64,000 nucleotides of DNA, from positions 992,001 through 1,056,000 of the forward strand of contig CAXXUO010000001.1 in the NCBI GenBank assembly GCA_963666485.2, written 5' to 3'. This document shows positions 28,832 to 43,723 of this stretch, in pieces. A program made the translations under genes and the position numbers. A model generated the notes under the pieces. The model had not been told where the DNA came from and did not search any database. It saw nothing but the letters and a program-made list of their open reading frames with translations. Source of the stretch: Syntrophorhabdaceae bacterium (GTDB lineage: Bacteria; Desulfobacterota; Syntrophorhabdia; Syntrophorhabdales; Syntrophorhabdaceae). The first letter of the stretch is position 1. Every line of letters starts with the position of its first letter.

Positions 28832-29446
28832 TTAACGCGAAAGCCGGTCCGACAGGGTCCCCTTGCCTTGCCGCAGGATCTCGACCGTATCGTCCGCAAG
28901 CCTGACGACCGTGGACGGCAAACCGCCCAGGATGCCTCCGTCTACGATCAATGAAATGTTCTTGCCAAACGTCTTTTCGATCTGCTTAGGGTCGGCGATG
29001 ACATCCTCCCCGGCGATCCGGGCACTGGTGTTGATGATCGGCCGGCCGAAAAGGTTCACGATGCCCACGGGCACGGGGTTTGCCGGTATCCTCACCCCGA
29101 CCTCTTTCCTGTCCGTCATGAGAAGCTTCGGTATTATCTTCCGCGCCTTCAGGACGAAGGTGAAGGGGCCGGGAAGGTACCATTTGACGATATCGAACGA
29201 AAAATCCGTCAGAACGGCATAGGAGCTTATGTCCTTCAAGTTTCTGCAGATTATGCTCAACCGGCTTTTCTCGTCGAGGCGTTTCATCGCGTACAGCTTC
29301 CGGATGGACTTTATGTTGAAAAGATCGCACCCGATACCGTAATACGTATCGGTGGGATATGCAATGATGCTGCCCTCCTCGAGCGTACTGATAATGAGTT
29401 CTGTCGTCTTTTTCTTCGGCCTCTCCGGGTTCCATTCGAATATCAT
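28832..29446 (-). CDS. Sua5/YciO/YrdC family protein
   Basis: AYPTDTYYGIGC, LPGPFT, VGVRIP, TSA, STVV; closer to the YciO pattern. Confidence 0.88.
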   Translation of the reverse strand: MIFEWNPERPKKKTTELIISTLEEGSIIAYPTDTYYGIGCDLFNIKSIRKLYAMKRLDEKSRLSIICRNLKDISSYAVLTDFSFDIVKWYLPGPFTFVLKARKIIPKLLMTDRKEVGVRIPANPVPVGIVNLFGRPIINTSARIAGEDVIADPKQIEKTFGKNISLIVDGGILGGLPSTVVRLADDTVEILRQGKGTLSDRLSR

Positions 29447-30030
29447 ATCTTTCTCGCTACAAGCTGTGCCGTGACCCTCGTCTTGCCCGAGCGGTCATGC
29501 GCCCCCTCTTCGTAGTGGATGGGCTTTAACCGGGGAAAAAGCCTTAAGAGCTCCCCGTCGTCGAGAAGAAAGGCCGGGTTCCGGGGCCGGTCCACTTCGT
29601 TCTGCCGCTTCAGAAAGGTCTCATATATAAGTATACCACCTGGCTTAAGCATTTCTGTAATGTCCGGCGCTATCTCGCGTAAAAGGAAGAAAAATATGAT
29701 GATACCGTCGAAGGCGCCTTTCCTGAAGGGAGGGGAGCCTGCGTCCGCTCTCACGATATCAAGAGGAAGCGCGTTGAGCCGGGCTTCTTCCCGGGCCAGC
29801 CTGATCGCCTCGGAGGAGAATTCGAGGCCGGTCATCTTAACGCCCCGGGACGCGAGATACAGCGCATCCCTTCCCCTGCCCATCGCTATATCGAGAACGT
29901 GCTTGCCTTCGAGAAGATGGGCAAACGTGACGACAAGGTCGTGGGGGCCGCCAAGCCCGTCGTAAAATCCGGTCCGGTATCTCTCATCCCAATCGGGCGC
30001 CTCATGATCATCATCGTTATTTCGCTCCAA
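29443..30030 (-). CDS. Class I SAM-dependent methyltransferase (TehB-like)
   Basis: WDERY, VLDIAMGRGRDA, LKPGGILIYETF. Confidence 0.85.
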   Translation of the reverse strand: MERNNDDDHEAPDWDERYRTGFYDGLGGPHDLVVTFAHLLEGKHVLDIAMGRGRDALYLASRGVKMTGLEFSSEAIRLAREEARLNALPLDIVRADAGSPPFRKGAFDGIIIFFFLLREIAPDITEMLKPGGILIYETFLKRQNEVDRPRNPAFLLDDGELLRLFPRLKPIHYEEGAHDRSGKTRVTAQLVARKI

Positions 30031-30117
30031 AACCTTGTCCCGTCCGAGCTAGTATTATAGTCCATTACCCGCGGTTAATGGATAGCTTTTTTTTAAGCAG
30101 GGTGTTATATAAGACCC

Positions 30118-30759
30118 ATGCCCGTCAAAATAGTCTTCCTCGACTGTGATGGCACGCTTACAACGGTCAAGAGCAGCTGGGAGTACCTGCATCGGCGGCT
30201 CGGTCTCTGGACAGAGAACGCGGATGAATACCAGGAGCTTTTCCGGCAGGGGACGATCGACTACCACGAGTTCTGCCGGCGTGACGCACTCCTGTGGAGG
30301 GGCATGAACGTTGGCTCGGTCCTGCCGATCCTCGAGGAAATACCCTATCAGCCGGGCGCACGCGAACTCGTCCGGTCCCTGAAGGGGGCGGGCGTCATTA
30401 CCGTCATCGTTTCGACGGGCCTGTCATTCCTGGTCGAAAAGGTAAAGCACGAACTCGGCATTGACCACACGTTCGCGAATGACCTCCTTGTCTCGCGGGG
30501 TGAACTTTCGGGCGAGATACGGATAAACGTCGATTACGATATGAAGGGAAGGATCGTCCGGACAATGCTCCGCGACTTCGGTATTGCATTCGATGAGGCC
30601 TCGGCGATCGGTGACGGCGAGGGTGATCGGGGAATGTTCGAAGAGGTCCGCCTGCCCATCGGCTTCAACATCAACGGGGGCGCGGTGAATTTTCCCGGCC
30701 GCACCCGGTATATCAAGGAACTGCACGAAGCAAAACACCTCCTGGGGGTCGGACCATGA
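30118..30759 (+). CDS. HAD family phosphatase (phosphoserine phosphatase-like)
   Basis: DCDGTL, IVSTG, conserved Lys, GDGEGD. Confidence 0.87.
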   Translation: MPVKIVFLDCDGTLTTVKSSWEYLHRRLGLWTENADEYQELFRQGTIDYHEFCRRDALLWRGMNVGSVLPILEEIPYQPGARELVRSLKGAGVITVIVSTGLSFLVEKVKHELGIDHTFANDLLVSRGELSGEIRINVDYDMKGRIVRTMLRDFGIAFDEASAIGDGEGDRGMFEEVRLPIGFNINGGAVNFPGRTRYIKELHEAKHLLGVGP

Positions 30760-31226
30760 TCATCCCGGCATCACGGCTTTTGATGCTTCTCGGTTTGTCC
30801 CTTCTTTTCCTCCTGCCGTCGTGTGCGCCGAAAAAGATCAAGATCTACGATTCCCTGCCCGAGGGTGCGCGCAGCAATGTTGTCCAGGCCGCGCTTGCCC
30901 AGCAGGGCAAGAAATACAGGCTCGGCAACAAGGGGCCCGATTATTTTGACTGCAGCGGCCTTGTTTATTACAGTTACCGGCAGGCCGGCATTTCCGTGCC
31001 CCTTACGGCAGACCTGCAAGGGCGTTTCGGGGCGGAGATACCGCGCGACAACGTCCAGCCGGGGGACCTCGTGCTTTTCAAGATAAAGAACGATGATCAC
31101 ATAGGGATCATGGTAAACAATTCCGATTTTGTCCATGCATCCAAGTCGCGCGGCGTTGCGGTCGACTCGTTGAACCTGCCCTACTGGCGCCGGTACCTCA
31201 CGGGCTTCAGGTGTATCATTTACTAG
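30756..31226 (+). CDS. NlpC/P60 (C40) peptidase lipoprotein
   Basis: Lipobox LPSC, FDCSGL, PGDLVLF, HIGI, FVHAS. Confidence 0.92.
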   Translation: MIIPASRLLMLLGLSLLFLLPSCAPKKIKIYDSLPEGARSNVVQAALAQQGKKYRLGNKGPDYFDCSGLVYYSYRQAGISVPLTADLQGRFGAEIPRDNVQPGDLVLFKIKNDDHIGIMVNNSDFVHASKSRGVAVDSLNLPYWRRYLTGFRCIIY

Positions 31227-31329
31227 GCGAAAGGGCGGGCCCGGATTGTGGTCAGGGGCACGGAATTTAAAGATTTTCCGGCAAGTCGGCGGTTAAGGCG
31301 CGTGCCGGGGCGGCACCGGATTAAAACTG

Positions 31330-31358
31330 TTGACTTGGGAAAAATTGTCCTGTAGAAT
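31330..31358 (+). promoter_or_regulatory. dnaA sigma70 promoter
   Basis: TTGACT-17 nt-TAGAAT. Confidence 0.7.
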
Positions 31359-31384
31359 AAGCTATACGTTACCCGGCACAACAC

Positions 31385-31474
31385 TGTTGACAAGCTTCTC
31401 AGTTAAATTATGAACTTATTCTAACCTCCGGGGTACTTACTAATTTTCCACATATGTTGAAAAGTTGTTGAAAA
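31385..31474. promoter_or_regulatory. DnaA-box cluster upstream of dnaA
   Basis: TTTTCCACA at 31444 (consensus match), TGTTGAAAA at 31455 and 31466, TGTTGACAA at 31385. Confidence 0.7.
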
Positions 31475-31484
31475 AATCCGCGCC

Positions 31485-32804
31485 ATGTCTGATATCTTAT
31501 CCCAAATAAAGCCGAAGATTGCTTCGCTTGTCAGCGAAGATAGCTTCAAAACCTGGATCGAACCGCTCACGTTCGTCGAGCTCGAGAACTCGACGTGCCG
31601 GATAGGTGTTCCCAACGCGTTCTTCCGGGACTGGGTCACCGAGAACTTCGGGTCGATCATTTCCCAGCTGCTTAAGGAAACGGTGAAGGAAGACGTCAAG
31701 ATCGAGTACGTGCTGAAAAGGGATGAGAAGATTGCCGAGGAAAAGAAAAGGGTTGTCATAAAAAAGAACATAAACTACAGCCAGTTCAATCCCCGGTACA
31801 CATTCGAGAATTTCGTTGTCGGCTCGAGCAACCAGTTCGCGAATGCCGCGTGCCTCGCCGTGTCGACGAACCCGGGCAAAACGTACAACCCGTTATTTAT
31901 CTACGGGGGTGTCGGCCTTGGCAAGACCCACCTTTTGAACGCGGTGGGCAATTTCCTTGTCAAGCACGGGACCATAAACCCCGAGCGCATCTGTTACATT
32001 ACGGCGGAAACATTTACGAACGAACTGATCAACTCGATACGCTTCGAGAAAATGGACGATTTCCGGAACAGGTTCCGGAAGATGGACATCATCCTGATCG
32101 ACGACATCCAATTCATCGCCGGTAAAGAGCGGACGCAGGCTGAATTCTTCCACACATTTAATACACTCTATGAGAATATGAAGCAGATCGTCGTGACGAG
32201 CGACAAATTCCCCCGTGATATCGAAAATTTTGAAGAACGCTTGAAATCGCGTTTCGAGTGGGGGCTTGTTGCCGACATACAAACCCCGGATATCGAAACG
32301 AAAGTGGCTATCCTTAATAAAAAAGCTGAACAGGAAAAGATAGACCTGCCTCTCGATGTCGCGTTCTTTATAGCGACAAATTCAGAGGACTCCATCCGGT
32401 CCCTTGAAGGAACACTGATCCGTGTCGGGGCCTACGCCTCGCTCAACCAGACACCGATCACAACAGACCTCGTCAGGCAGATCATGAGCCATGTCATCAA
32501 GGAAAAGAACAAGGAGATCACCATTGACATGGTGCTCAAAGAGGTATGTTCTCACTTCGCGATCACACTTACGGACATACGCTCGAGCAAGCGCATCCGT
32601 TCCATCATGTACCCGAGGCAGGTCGCGATGTATCTCGCGAGGAAGATGACCGATTCATCCCTGGTAAGCATCGGTGAAAAATTTGGAGGGAAGGACCATG
32701 CCACCGTCCTCCATTCCATACGCAAGATAGAAAGTGAATTAAGTGTTAAAAAGGAGTTGAAAAGTACTGTTGAAAAGATCGTCAAGAAATTAAAATCAAC
32801 ATAG
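31485..32804 (+). CDS. dnaA: Chromosomal replication initiator DnaA
   Basis: YTFENFVVG, GGVGLGKTHL, IDDIQF, SRFEWGL, FGGKDHATV. Confidence 0.98.
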   Translation: MSDILSQIKPKIASLVSEDSFKTWIEPLTFVELENSTCRIGVPNAFFRDWVTENFGSIISQLLKETVKEDVKIEYVLKRDEKIAEEKKRVVIKKNINYSQFNPRYTFENFVVGSSNQFANAACLAVSTNPGKTYNPLFIYGGVGLGKTHLLNAVGNFLVKHGTINPERICYITAETFTNELINSIRFEKMDDFRNRFRKMDIILIDDIQFIAGKERTQAEFFHTFNTLYENMKQIVVTSDKFPRDIENFEERLKSRFEWGLVADIQTPDIETKVAILNKKAEQEKIDLPLDVAFFIATNSEDSIRSLEGTLIRVGAYASLNQTPITTDLVRQIMSHVIKEKNKEITIDMVLKEVCSHFAITLTDIRSSKRIRSIMYPRQVAMYLARKMTDSSLVSIGEKFGGKDHATVLHSIRKIESELSVKKELKSTVEKIVKKLKST

Positions 32805-32919
32805 TTCAACAATTCACGAATCTTTTTAACAGTCCATTTTTTCTTTTTATCTAATGTTTTCGGTAATATATGAGATTTTCAACATTTTAACAGCGCTTAT
32901 TGTTATGAGGAGTTAAAAA
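32768..32919. other. Probable oriC unwinding region between dnaA and dnaN
   Basis: AT-rich; repeated TTTTCAACA-like boxes; tandem boxes 32876-32892 followed by GCGC and TTA TTG TTA (DnaA-trio-like). Confidence 0.72.
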
Positions 32920-36966
<4,047 letters not shown>

Positions 36967-36985
<19 letters not shown>

Positions 36986-38220
36986 AAAGCAAAAAGATCG
37001 GGGAACTGACACAGATCGCCCGCGATCTCAACATCGAGAATGCCTCGGGCTTACGAAAACAGGAGCTCATATTCTCCATCCTGCAGGCATACGTGGACAA
37101 GAACGAGAACGTATACGGCGAAGGGGTCCTCGAAATACTCTCCGAAGGCTTTGGATTCTTAAGGTCCACCGATTCGAACTATCTCCCCGGACCGGACGAT
37201 ATATACGTTTCACCGTCACAGATAAAAAAGTTCGGCCTGCGCACGGGTGACACAACGTCCGGGCAGATACGTCCCCCCAAGGACAACGAAAAATATTTCG
37301 CCCTTCTCAAGGTCGAATCGATAAATTTTGACGACCCGAGCGTCGTACGCGACAAGATCATATTCGACAACCTGACCCCCATCTATCCCAACGAGCGGGC
37401 CAAACTGGAGACCACCCACGACAACCTGTCAACGAGGGTCATGGACCTCTTCACGCCGATCGGCAAGGGCCAGAGGGGCCTCATCGTGGCGCCGCCGAGG
37501 ACGGGCAAGACGATGCTGCTCCAGTCCATCGCCAACAGCCTGACGAAAAACCATAAGGAAATATATCTTATCGTCCTTCTGATCGACGAGAGGCCCGAGG
37601 AAGTTACGGACATGATGCGATCCGTAAAAGGAGAGGTCATCAGCTCGACGTTCGACGAGCCGGCAACGCGCCACGTCCAGGTCGCCGAGATCGTCATCGA
37701 AAAGGCGAAACGCCTTGTCGAGCACAAAAAGGACGTCGTCATCCTGCTCGACTCGATCACCCGTCTCGCCCGCGCATACAATACGGTCGTACCCTCGAGC
37801 GGCAAGATCCTGTCGGGCGGTATCGACGCATCCGCAATGCAGAAGCCAAGGCGGTTCTTCGGCGCAGCCAAGAACATCGAAGAGGGCGGGAGCCTCACGA
37901 TAATCGCGACGGCCCTCATCGACACCGGTTCGAGGATGGACGAGGTCATTTTCGAAGAGTTCAAGGGAACGGGCAACTGCGAGATCTACCTCGACAGGAA
38001 ACTGGCGGAGAAGAGGATATTCCCCGCGATAGATATAAATAAATCAGGGACCAGGAAGGAAGAGCTGCTTCTCCAGAGCGCCGATCTGCAGCGCATCTGG
38101 CTGCTCAGAAAAGTGCTTCAGCCAATGAACACTGTCGAGGCCATGGAATTTCTCCTTGAAAAATTGGCCGATACGGATTCTAATAAAGACTTTCTCTATT
38201 CGATGAGCAAAGGAGGATAA
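36967..38220 (+). CDS. rho: Transcription termination factor Rho
   Basis: [35 protein letters not shown]; start after GGAGGT. Confidence 0.98.
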
Positions 38221-38225
38221 GGATA

Positions 38226-38432
38226 ATGAAAAAAGGAATTCATCCCGAACTGAAAAAGGCCACGGTGAAATGTGCCTGCGGCTACACGTTCGAGACCCTT
38301 TCGGTGAAAGACAAGATAACGGTTGAAATCTGTGCTAAATGCCACCCTATCTTCACCGGCAAGGAAAAACGTCTTGATTCAGCAGGCCAGGTCGAGAAGT
38401 TCGAAAGGAAATACGGTAAAAAACAGAAGTAA
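38226..38432 (+). CDS. rpmE: 50S ribosomal protein L31 (Zn-binding type)
   Basis: [21 protein letters not shown]. Confidence 0.96.
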   Translation: MKKGIHPELKKATVKCACGYTFETLSVKDKITVEICAKCHPIFTGKEKRLDSAGQVEKFERKYGKKQK

Positions 38433-39496
38433 TGTTCGGAAAGCTTGTAGAGCTCGAAAAGCGCTTTGACGACATCGAAGCGGAAATGATGAAGCCCGAA
38501 GCCCTTTCCAACATGGAGGAGTATAAAAAACTCGCCAAGGAGCGGACCGACCTCAAAGAGGTCGTTGACTCGTACCGTGAATGGAAAGAGGCGAAGGCGG
38601 AGCACGACAAAACCTCGGAGCTTTTAAAGCACGAAGCGGACGAGGAGATGAAGGACCTCGCACGCGAGGAGCTCGGCAGCCTTGAGAAGGAAATGGCGAG
38701 GATTGAGAACGACCTTGCCGAAACCCTCCTGAGAAAGACCGAAAAACAGGCGAAAAGCATGTTCCTGGAGATCAGGGCGGGCACGGGAGGGGAAGAGGCC
38801 GCCCTTTTTGCACGGGACCTCTTCGCGTCCTACATGAAGTTTGCGGAGAGAATGCGCTGGAAAACGGAGATCATGAGCTCGAGCCCGTCGGACCTCGGCG
38901 GGTTCAAGGAAGTGATCGTTGTTATCGAAGGAAAAGACGCCTACAACACCCTGCGCTACGAGAGCGGCGTCCACAGGGTGCAGCGCGTACCCGAGACGGA
39001 GGCCCAGGGGAGGATACATACGTCGACGATCACCGTTGCGGTCCTTCCTGAGCCTGAGGAGCTGGAGATAAGCATAAATCCGGACGAGCTCAGGATCGAT
39101 CTCTTCCGGTCGAGCGGGCCGGGCGGACAGCACGTCAACACCACGGACTCGGCTGTCCGGATAACCCATATCCCGACCGGCATGGTCGTGACCTGCCAGG
39201 ACGAAAAATCCCAGCACAAGAACAAAGCCAAGGCGATGCGCGTTTTGAGGGCCCGCCTCAAAGAGAAACTGGAAGGAGAGAAGGAGCAGGAGATCTCCGA
39301 CGAGCGCCGCAAGCAGGTAGGGACCGGCGAACGCAGCGAACGCATCAGGACCTACAACTTCCCTCAGGGCCGCGTCACCGACCACAGGATCGGGCTTACC
39401 CTGTATAAGCTGCAGGACATCCTCAACGGAAACATCGAAGAGATGACCGGCCCGGTAAACGCACATTTCCGTTCGGAAGCGCTGAAAAAAGGATAA
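38432..39496 (+). CDS. prfA: Peptide chain release factor 1
   Basis: GTGGEEA, PET motif, GGQ, RTYNFPQ. Confidence 0.97.
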   Translation: MFGKLVELEKRFDDIEAEMMKPEALSNMEEYKKLAKERTDLKEVVDSYREWKEAKAEHDKTSELLKHEADEEMKDLAREELGSLEKEMARIENDLAETLLRKTEKQAKSMFLEIRAGTGGEEAALFARDLFASYMKFAERMRWKTEIMSSSPSDLGGFKEVIVVIEGKDAYNTLRYESGVHRVQRVPETEAQGRIHTSTITVAVLPEPEELEISINPDELRIDLFRSSGPGGQHVNTTDSAVRITHIPTGMVVTCQDEKSQHKNKAKAMRVLRARLKEKLEGEKEQEISDERRKQVGTGERSERIRTYNFPQGRVTDHRIGLTLYKLQDILNGNIEEMTGPVNAHFRSEALKKG

Positions 39497-39500
39497 ATTA

Positions 39501-40319
39501 GTGAAGATCAGGCAAGTCATTACAGGACAGACGGGTCTATCCAGGACCGACTGCATCGCAGCGCTCTGTTATGCCTGCAATCTTACCGCCGAACGCGTCT
39601 ACGCGAACCTGGATGCAGAGATCGAAGGCAGGGACCTCAAGGTCCTTGAAAGATGCCTGAACGAAAGAATGTCCGGCAAACCGCTCGCATATATCACGGG
39701 CAGTCGCGAATTTTTTTCCGAGACCTTCACGGTCAATAACAGCGTCCTGATACCCCGTCCCGAAACGGAGGTCCTTGTCGAAGAGGCCCTCCGGCGGCTC
39801 TCCGGCAGAAAAGACCTCGCGGTCCTGGACATGGGGTGCGGCTCGGGCGCCATAGGCGCGATAGTTGCCAAAGAAACGAAAAGCCGGGTCGTGTGCGTCG
39901 ACATATCGTTCGATGCCGTCCGGACAGCACAGGAAAACGCGCGGTCGCTCGGCGTCAGCCACCTGACGGAATTCGTCTGCTCTGATCTTTTCGAGGCCTT
40001 GCGGCCCGATATACACTTTGACATGATCCTCGCCAATCTCCCTTATGTTACGAGCGCGGAGGTGGCGCAGCTGATGCCCGACGTCCGGGATTTCGAGCCC
40101 CTTCTTGCGCTCGACGGGGGCGAAGACGGCCTTGACGTTTACCGCAGGCTAATAGCTTCTCTGCCGGGACGCCTTAAGCCTGAAGGAGACATTCTCCTCG
40201 AGATAGGCTCCGCGGACCAGGCCCTTAAACTCGGGGCCCTGCTCGAAGGGACCGGCCTTGGCGTCCGGATCATAAATGACTATGCGAACAAGGAAAGGGT
40301 GGTCGCCGGCTATGGATAA
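39501..40319 (+). CDS. prmC: Release factor glutamine methyltransferase
   Basis: PLAYITG, LIPRPETE, DMGCGSG, NLPY, LDGGEDGL. Confidence 0.94.
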   Translation: MKIRQVITGQTGLSRTDCIAALCYACNLTAERVYANLDAEIEGRDLKVLERCLNERMSGKPLAYITGSREFFSETFTVNNSVLIPRPETEVLVEEALRRLSGRKDLAVLDMGCGSGAIGAIVAKETKSRVVCVDISFDAVRTAQENARSLGVSHLTEFVCSDLFEALRPDIHFDMILANLPYVTSAEVAQLMPDVRDFEPLLALDGGEDGLDVYRRLIASLPGRLKPEGDILLEIGSADQALKLGALLEGTGLGVRIINDYANKERVVAGYG

Positions 40320-41586
40320 ATTTGTGATAGAAGGCGGTGAGAGGTTAAAGGGAAAGGTGTGGATAAGCGGGTCGAAAAACGCGGTCCTGCCGGCCCTCGC
40401 CGCCACATTGCTACAAGAGGGTGCTTATACCATCGGAAACGTGCCGCGGCTCATGGACGTGACGACCATGATGAACCTGCTCGATCTCCTCGGCGCGCGC
40501 TGTACGTGGCAGGACGAGCACACGATCGCTGTCGATACAAAGAAGGTCGATAACCATGTCGCCCCGTACGAGCTCGTCAAAAAGATGCGGGCATCCGTGC
40601 TCGTGCTCGGCGCACTGATAGGCGGTCTCAAGAAGGCGACCGTGTCCTATCCCGGGGGATGTGCGATAGGCGAGAGGCCCATCGACCTTCACCTGAAAGG
40701 ACTTTCGGCCCTGGGATGCGACGTGGCGATCCGCGAAGGCTACGTGGACGTCACAGCAAAAAAGCTGAAAGGCGCGCGCATCGTTTTTGACACGGTGACC
40801 GTCGGCGGCACCGAGAACCTCCTCATGGCCTCGGTTTTTGCGAAGGGAGAGACGGTCATAGAGAACGCGGCGCGGGAACCGGAGGTTGTCGATCTGGCCC
40901 GGATGCTCAAGAAGATGGGTGCGCGCATCGACGGCGAGGGTACGCCCGTCATCCGCATCACGGGAGTAAAGGAGCTTGTCCCCTGCTCGTGGGACGTCAT
41001 CGAGGACAGGATCGAGGCATCCACCTTCCTCGCGGCGTGCGGCATGACGCGGGGCAACATCGTGCTCGAGAACTGTGTGCCGGAACATATCAAGGCGGTC
41101 ATAGACAAGCTGAAAGAGACCGGCATGGAGATCACGGCCGAGGGAAAGACGGTGAAGGCCTCAATGTCGAAGAAACGGCCGATGGCCGTCGATATAAAGA
41201 CGCTTCCCTATCCGGGGTTCCCGACGGACATGCAGGCGCAGCTCATGGCCGCCATGGCGACATCCCGGGGTGTGAGCGCGATCACGGAGACGATCTTCGA
41301 GAACCGGATGATGCACGCGGCCGAGCTCCGCCGGATGGGTGCGGACATACGAGTGGTCGGGAACACCGCCATAGTCCACGGGGTGGAATCCATATCGGGC
41401 GCAAAGGTGATGGCGACGGACCTGAGGGCGAGCGCCTCGCTCATTATCGCGGGGCTCTCGGCGTACGGTACGACGGAGGTCTCCCGCATCTACCACATTG
41501 ACCGGGGATACGAGCATATCGAGGAAAAGCTGAAAAAGCTCGGCGCGAAGATCGAAAGGGTGAAAGATGAAAATATGGGAGCTTGA
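40312..41586 (+). CDS. murA: UDP-N-acetylglucosamine 1-carboxyvinyltransferase
   Basis: SGSKNA, MRAS, PGGCAIGERP, PGFPTDMQ, DLRA. Confidence 0.97.
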   Translation: MDKFVIEGGERLKGKVWISGSKNAVLPALAATLLQEGAYTIGNVPRLMDVTTMMNLLDLLGARCTWQDEHTIAVDTKKVDNHVAPYELVKKMRASVLVLGALIGGLKKATVSYPGGCAIGERPIDLHLKGLSALGCDVAIREGYVDVTAKKLKGARIVFDTVTVGGTENLLMASVFAKGETVIENAAREPEVVDLARMLKKMGARIDGEGTPVIRITGVKELVPCSWDVIEDRIEASTFLAACGMTRGNIVLENCVPEHIKAVIDKLKETGMEITAEGKTVKASMSKKRPMAVDIKTLPYPGFPTDMQAQLMAAMATSRGVSAITETIFENRMMHAAELRRMGADIRVVGNTAIVHGVESISGAKVMATDLRASASLIIAGLSAYGTTEVSRIYHIDRGYEHIEEKLKKLGAKIERVKDENMGA

Positions 41587-42841
41587 AAAAGAGTACGACG
41601 GCCTCATATCCTTCGTAAAGACGGGCAGGGAAGGCAAAAAAAGTGACGTCCGCGCGTCCGTTGCCAGGATAAAGAAAGAGATAATCGCACGCGGGGACAG
41701 GGCGATAATAGACTTCTCGAAGACCTGGGACCACTGGGACAGGGACTACCCGGTCAAGCTCTCGGCCATGGAGATCGACAGCGCCGCAGCGCGGGTCCCG
41801 CGGAAAGACGTTGCGATCCTCAAGGGGATGATAAAGAACGTCGCTTCCTACCACAAAGGCCAGAAGCCGAAGAAGCGTATATATAAAAGCGAAGGACTTC
41901 GCGTTGCCGAGGAACACGTCCCTGTCGAGGCGGCGATGGTCTATGTGCCGGGCGGAACGGCATCATACCCGTCCTCGCTCATAATGGGCGCGGTGCCCGC
42001 CCGGATCGCCGGGGTGAAAAAGATATGCGTGGCGACACCCGGGCACAACGGGAAGATCAATGACTATGTTGCAGCAGCAGCGAAACTCCTTGGGCTTGCC
42101 GATATCTACCGGATCGGGGGCGCGCAGGCGGTCTTCGCGTTCGCGTACGGCACCGGGTCCGTCCCGAAAGTGGACATGATCGTCGGCCCCGGCAACGCCT
42201 ACGTCGAAGAGGCAAAAAGGGATGTGTACGGAACGGTCGGGATCGACATGCTTGCCGGGCCGAGCGAACTCGTTATTTTGTGTACCGGGGCAGCAGATCC
42301 GCGCCTTGCCGCACTCGACCTTTTCTCGCAGGCGGAGCATGACGAGATGGCATCCGTGGGAATATTCTCCCCGTCGCTTGCCCACCTTGAGGACGTGAAA
42401 CGGAACATGGAAGGCCTTCTGGGCACAGCGGCACGGAAAGAGACCATCAAGCGGGCGATCGAGGCGAACGGCTACCTGGTGCACTACACGGAACTGCAGC
42501 GCGCCGCGGACGCGATCAATGTCATCGCGCCGGAACACATGGAGCTTATCGGGGACGAATCCTGCCTGCCCTCTATTCTGTATCCCGGCGTCATTTATGT
42601 CGGTCCCTATACCCCCGTCGCGATGGGGGATTACTATATCGGGACAAACCATGTCCTTCCGACCGCGGGAGCGGGGCGTTTCAGCGCCGGACTTTCCGTC
42701 GACCGATTTACAAAAAGGAAGGTTGTTGTTAAAATAGACCGGAAATTCATACAGAAATACGGCGACAGGGCCGAAAGGCTCGCGCGGGTGGAAGGATTGC
42801 CCGCACACGGCGATGCGATAAAGGCACGAAAGGAGCTCTAA
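41567..42841 (+). CDS. hisD: Histidinol dehydrogenase
   Basis: [40 protein letters not shown]. Confidence 0.95.
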   Translation: MKIWELEKEYDGLISFVKTGREGKKSDVRASVARIKKEIIARGDRAIIDFSKTWDHWDRDYPVKLSAMEIDSAAARVPRKDVAILKGMIKNVASYHKGQKPKKRIYKSEGLRVAEEHVPVEAAMVYVPGGTASYPSSLIMGAVPARIAGVKKICVATPGHNGKINDYVAAAAKLLGLADIYRIGGAQAVFAFAYGTGSVPKVDMIVGPGNAYVEEAKRDVYGTVGIDMLAGPSELVILCTGAADPRLAALDLFSQAEHDEMASVGIFSPSLAHLEDVKRNMEGLLGTAARKETIKRAIEANGYLVHYTELQRAADAINVIAPEHMELIGDESCLPSILYPGVIYVGPYTPVAMGDYYIGTNHVLPTAGAGRFSAGLSVDRFTKRKVVVKIDRKFIQKYGDRAERLARVEGLPAHGDAIKARKEL

Positions 42842-42843
42842 CA

Positions 42844-43713
42844 ATGAAGCTGAAGATCGGCTTGCCGAAGGGAAGCCTGCAGGAATCGACATTCAGGCTG
42901 TTCAAGAATGCCGGGTACACGATCAAGCTCCAGGATCGATCATATGTCCCGGTGATTGACGACAGTGAGATGGAAGGCCTCGTGATCCGCGCGCAGGAGA
43001 TGGCGCGCTACGTGGAGAACGGCATTCTTGACATGGGCATAACCGGGCTCGACTGGGTCATGGAGCAGGATGCGAAGGTTGTCGAGCTGGTGCGATTGAG
43101 ATACGGGAAGGTGGGGTTCCGCGGAGTGAAATGGGTCGTTGCGGTCCCGAACAATTCCCCGATCAAAAAGGTCAAAGACCTTCAAGGCAAAAAGATCGCC
43201 ACGGAGCTTGTTGGCTTTACAAAACGTTACCTGAAAAAACAGGGGATCGAGGCAAGCGTCGAGTTTTCGTGGGGCGCGACCGAGGTAAAGCCGCCGCTCC
43301 TGGCAGACGCCATCATCGAGGTCACCGAGACCGGCGCCTCCCTTGTAGCGAACAATCTGAGGATCGTGGAGACCATCCTCGAATCCGAGACGGTCCTCAT
43401 TGCGAATAAAAATGCATGGAAAGACCCCTGGAAGAGAAGGAAGATGGAGAACATCGTGATCCTTCTCAAGGGGGCGCTGCTCGCGGAGGAGAAGGTGGGG
43501 CTCAAGATGAACGTCCCGCGGAACAAACTGGAAAAGGTGAGCCAGATCCTCCCCTCGCTCCACACCCCGACGGTGTCCAACCTGTCCGACGACAAGTGGG
43601 TTGCCATCGAGGTCATCATTGACGAGAAGGTGGTCCGGGACATAATCCCCGACCTCAAACGGGCCGGCGCCCAGGGGATCGTCGAATACCCCTTGAGCAA
43701 GGTCATCCCTTAA
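42844..43713 (+). CDS. hisG: ATP phosphoribosyltransferase (long form)
   Basis: LPKGSL, DMGITG, GATE, ETGASL, C-terminal regulatory domain. Confidence 0.96.
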   Translation: MKLKIGLPKGSLQESTFRLFKNAGYTIKLQDRSYVPVIDDSEMEGLVIRAQEMARYVENGILDMGITGLDWVMEQDAKVVELVRLRYGKVGFRGVKWVVAVPNNSPIKKVKDLQGKKIATELVGFTKRYLKKQGIEASVEFSWGATEVKPPLLADAIIEVTETGASLVANNLRIVETILESETVLIANKNAWKDPWKRRKMENIVILLKGALLAEEKVGLKMNVPRNKLEKVSQILPSLHTPTVSNLSDDKWVAIEVIIDEKVVRDIIPDLKRAGAQGIVEYPLSKVIP

Positions 43714-43723
43714 CGGAGGGAAC

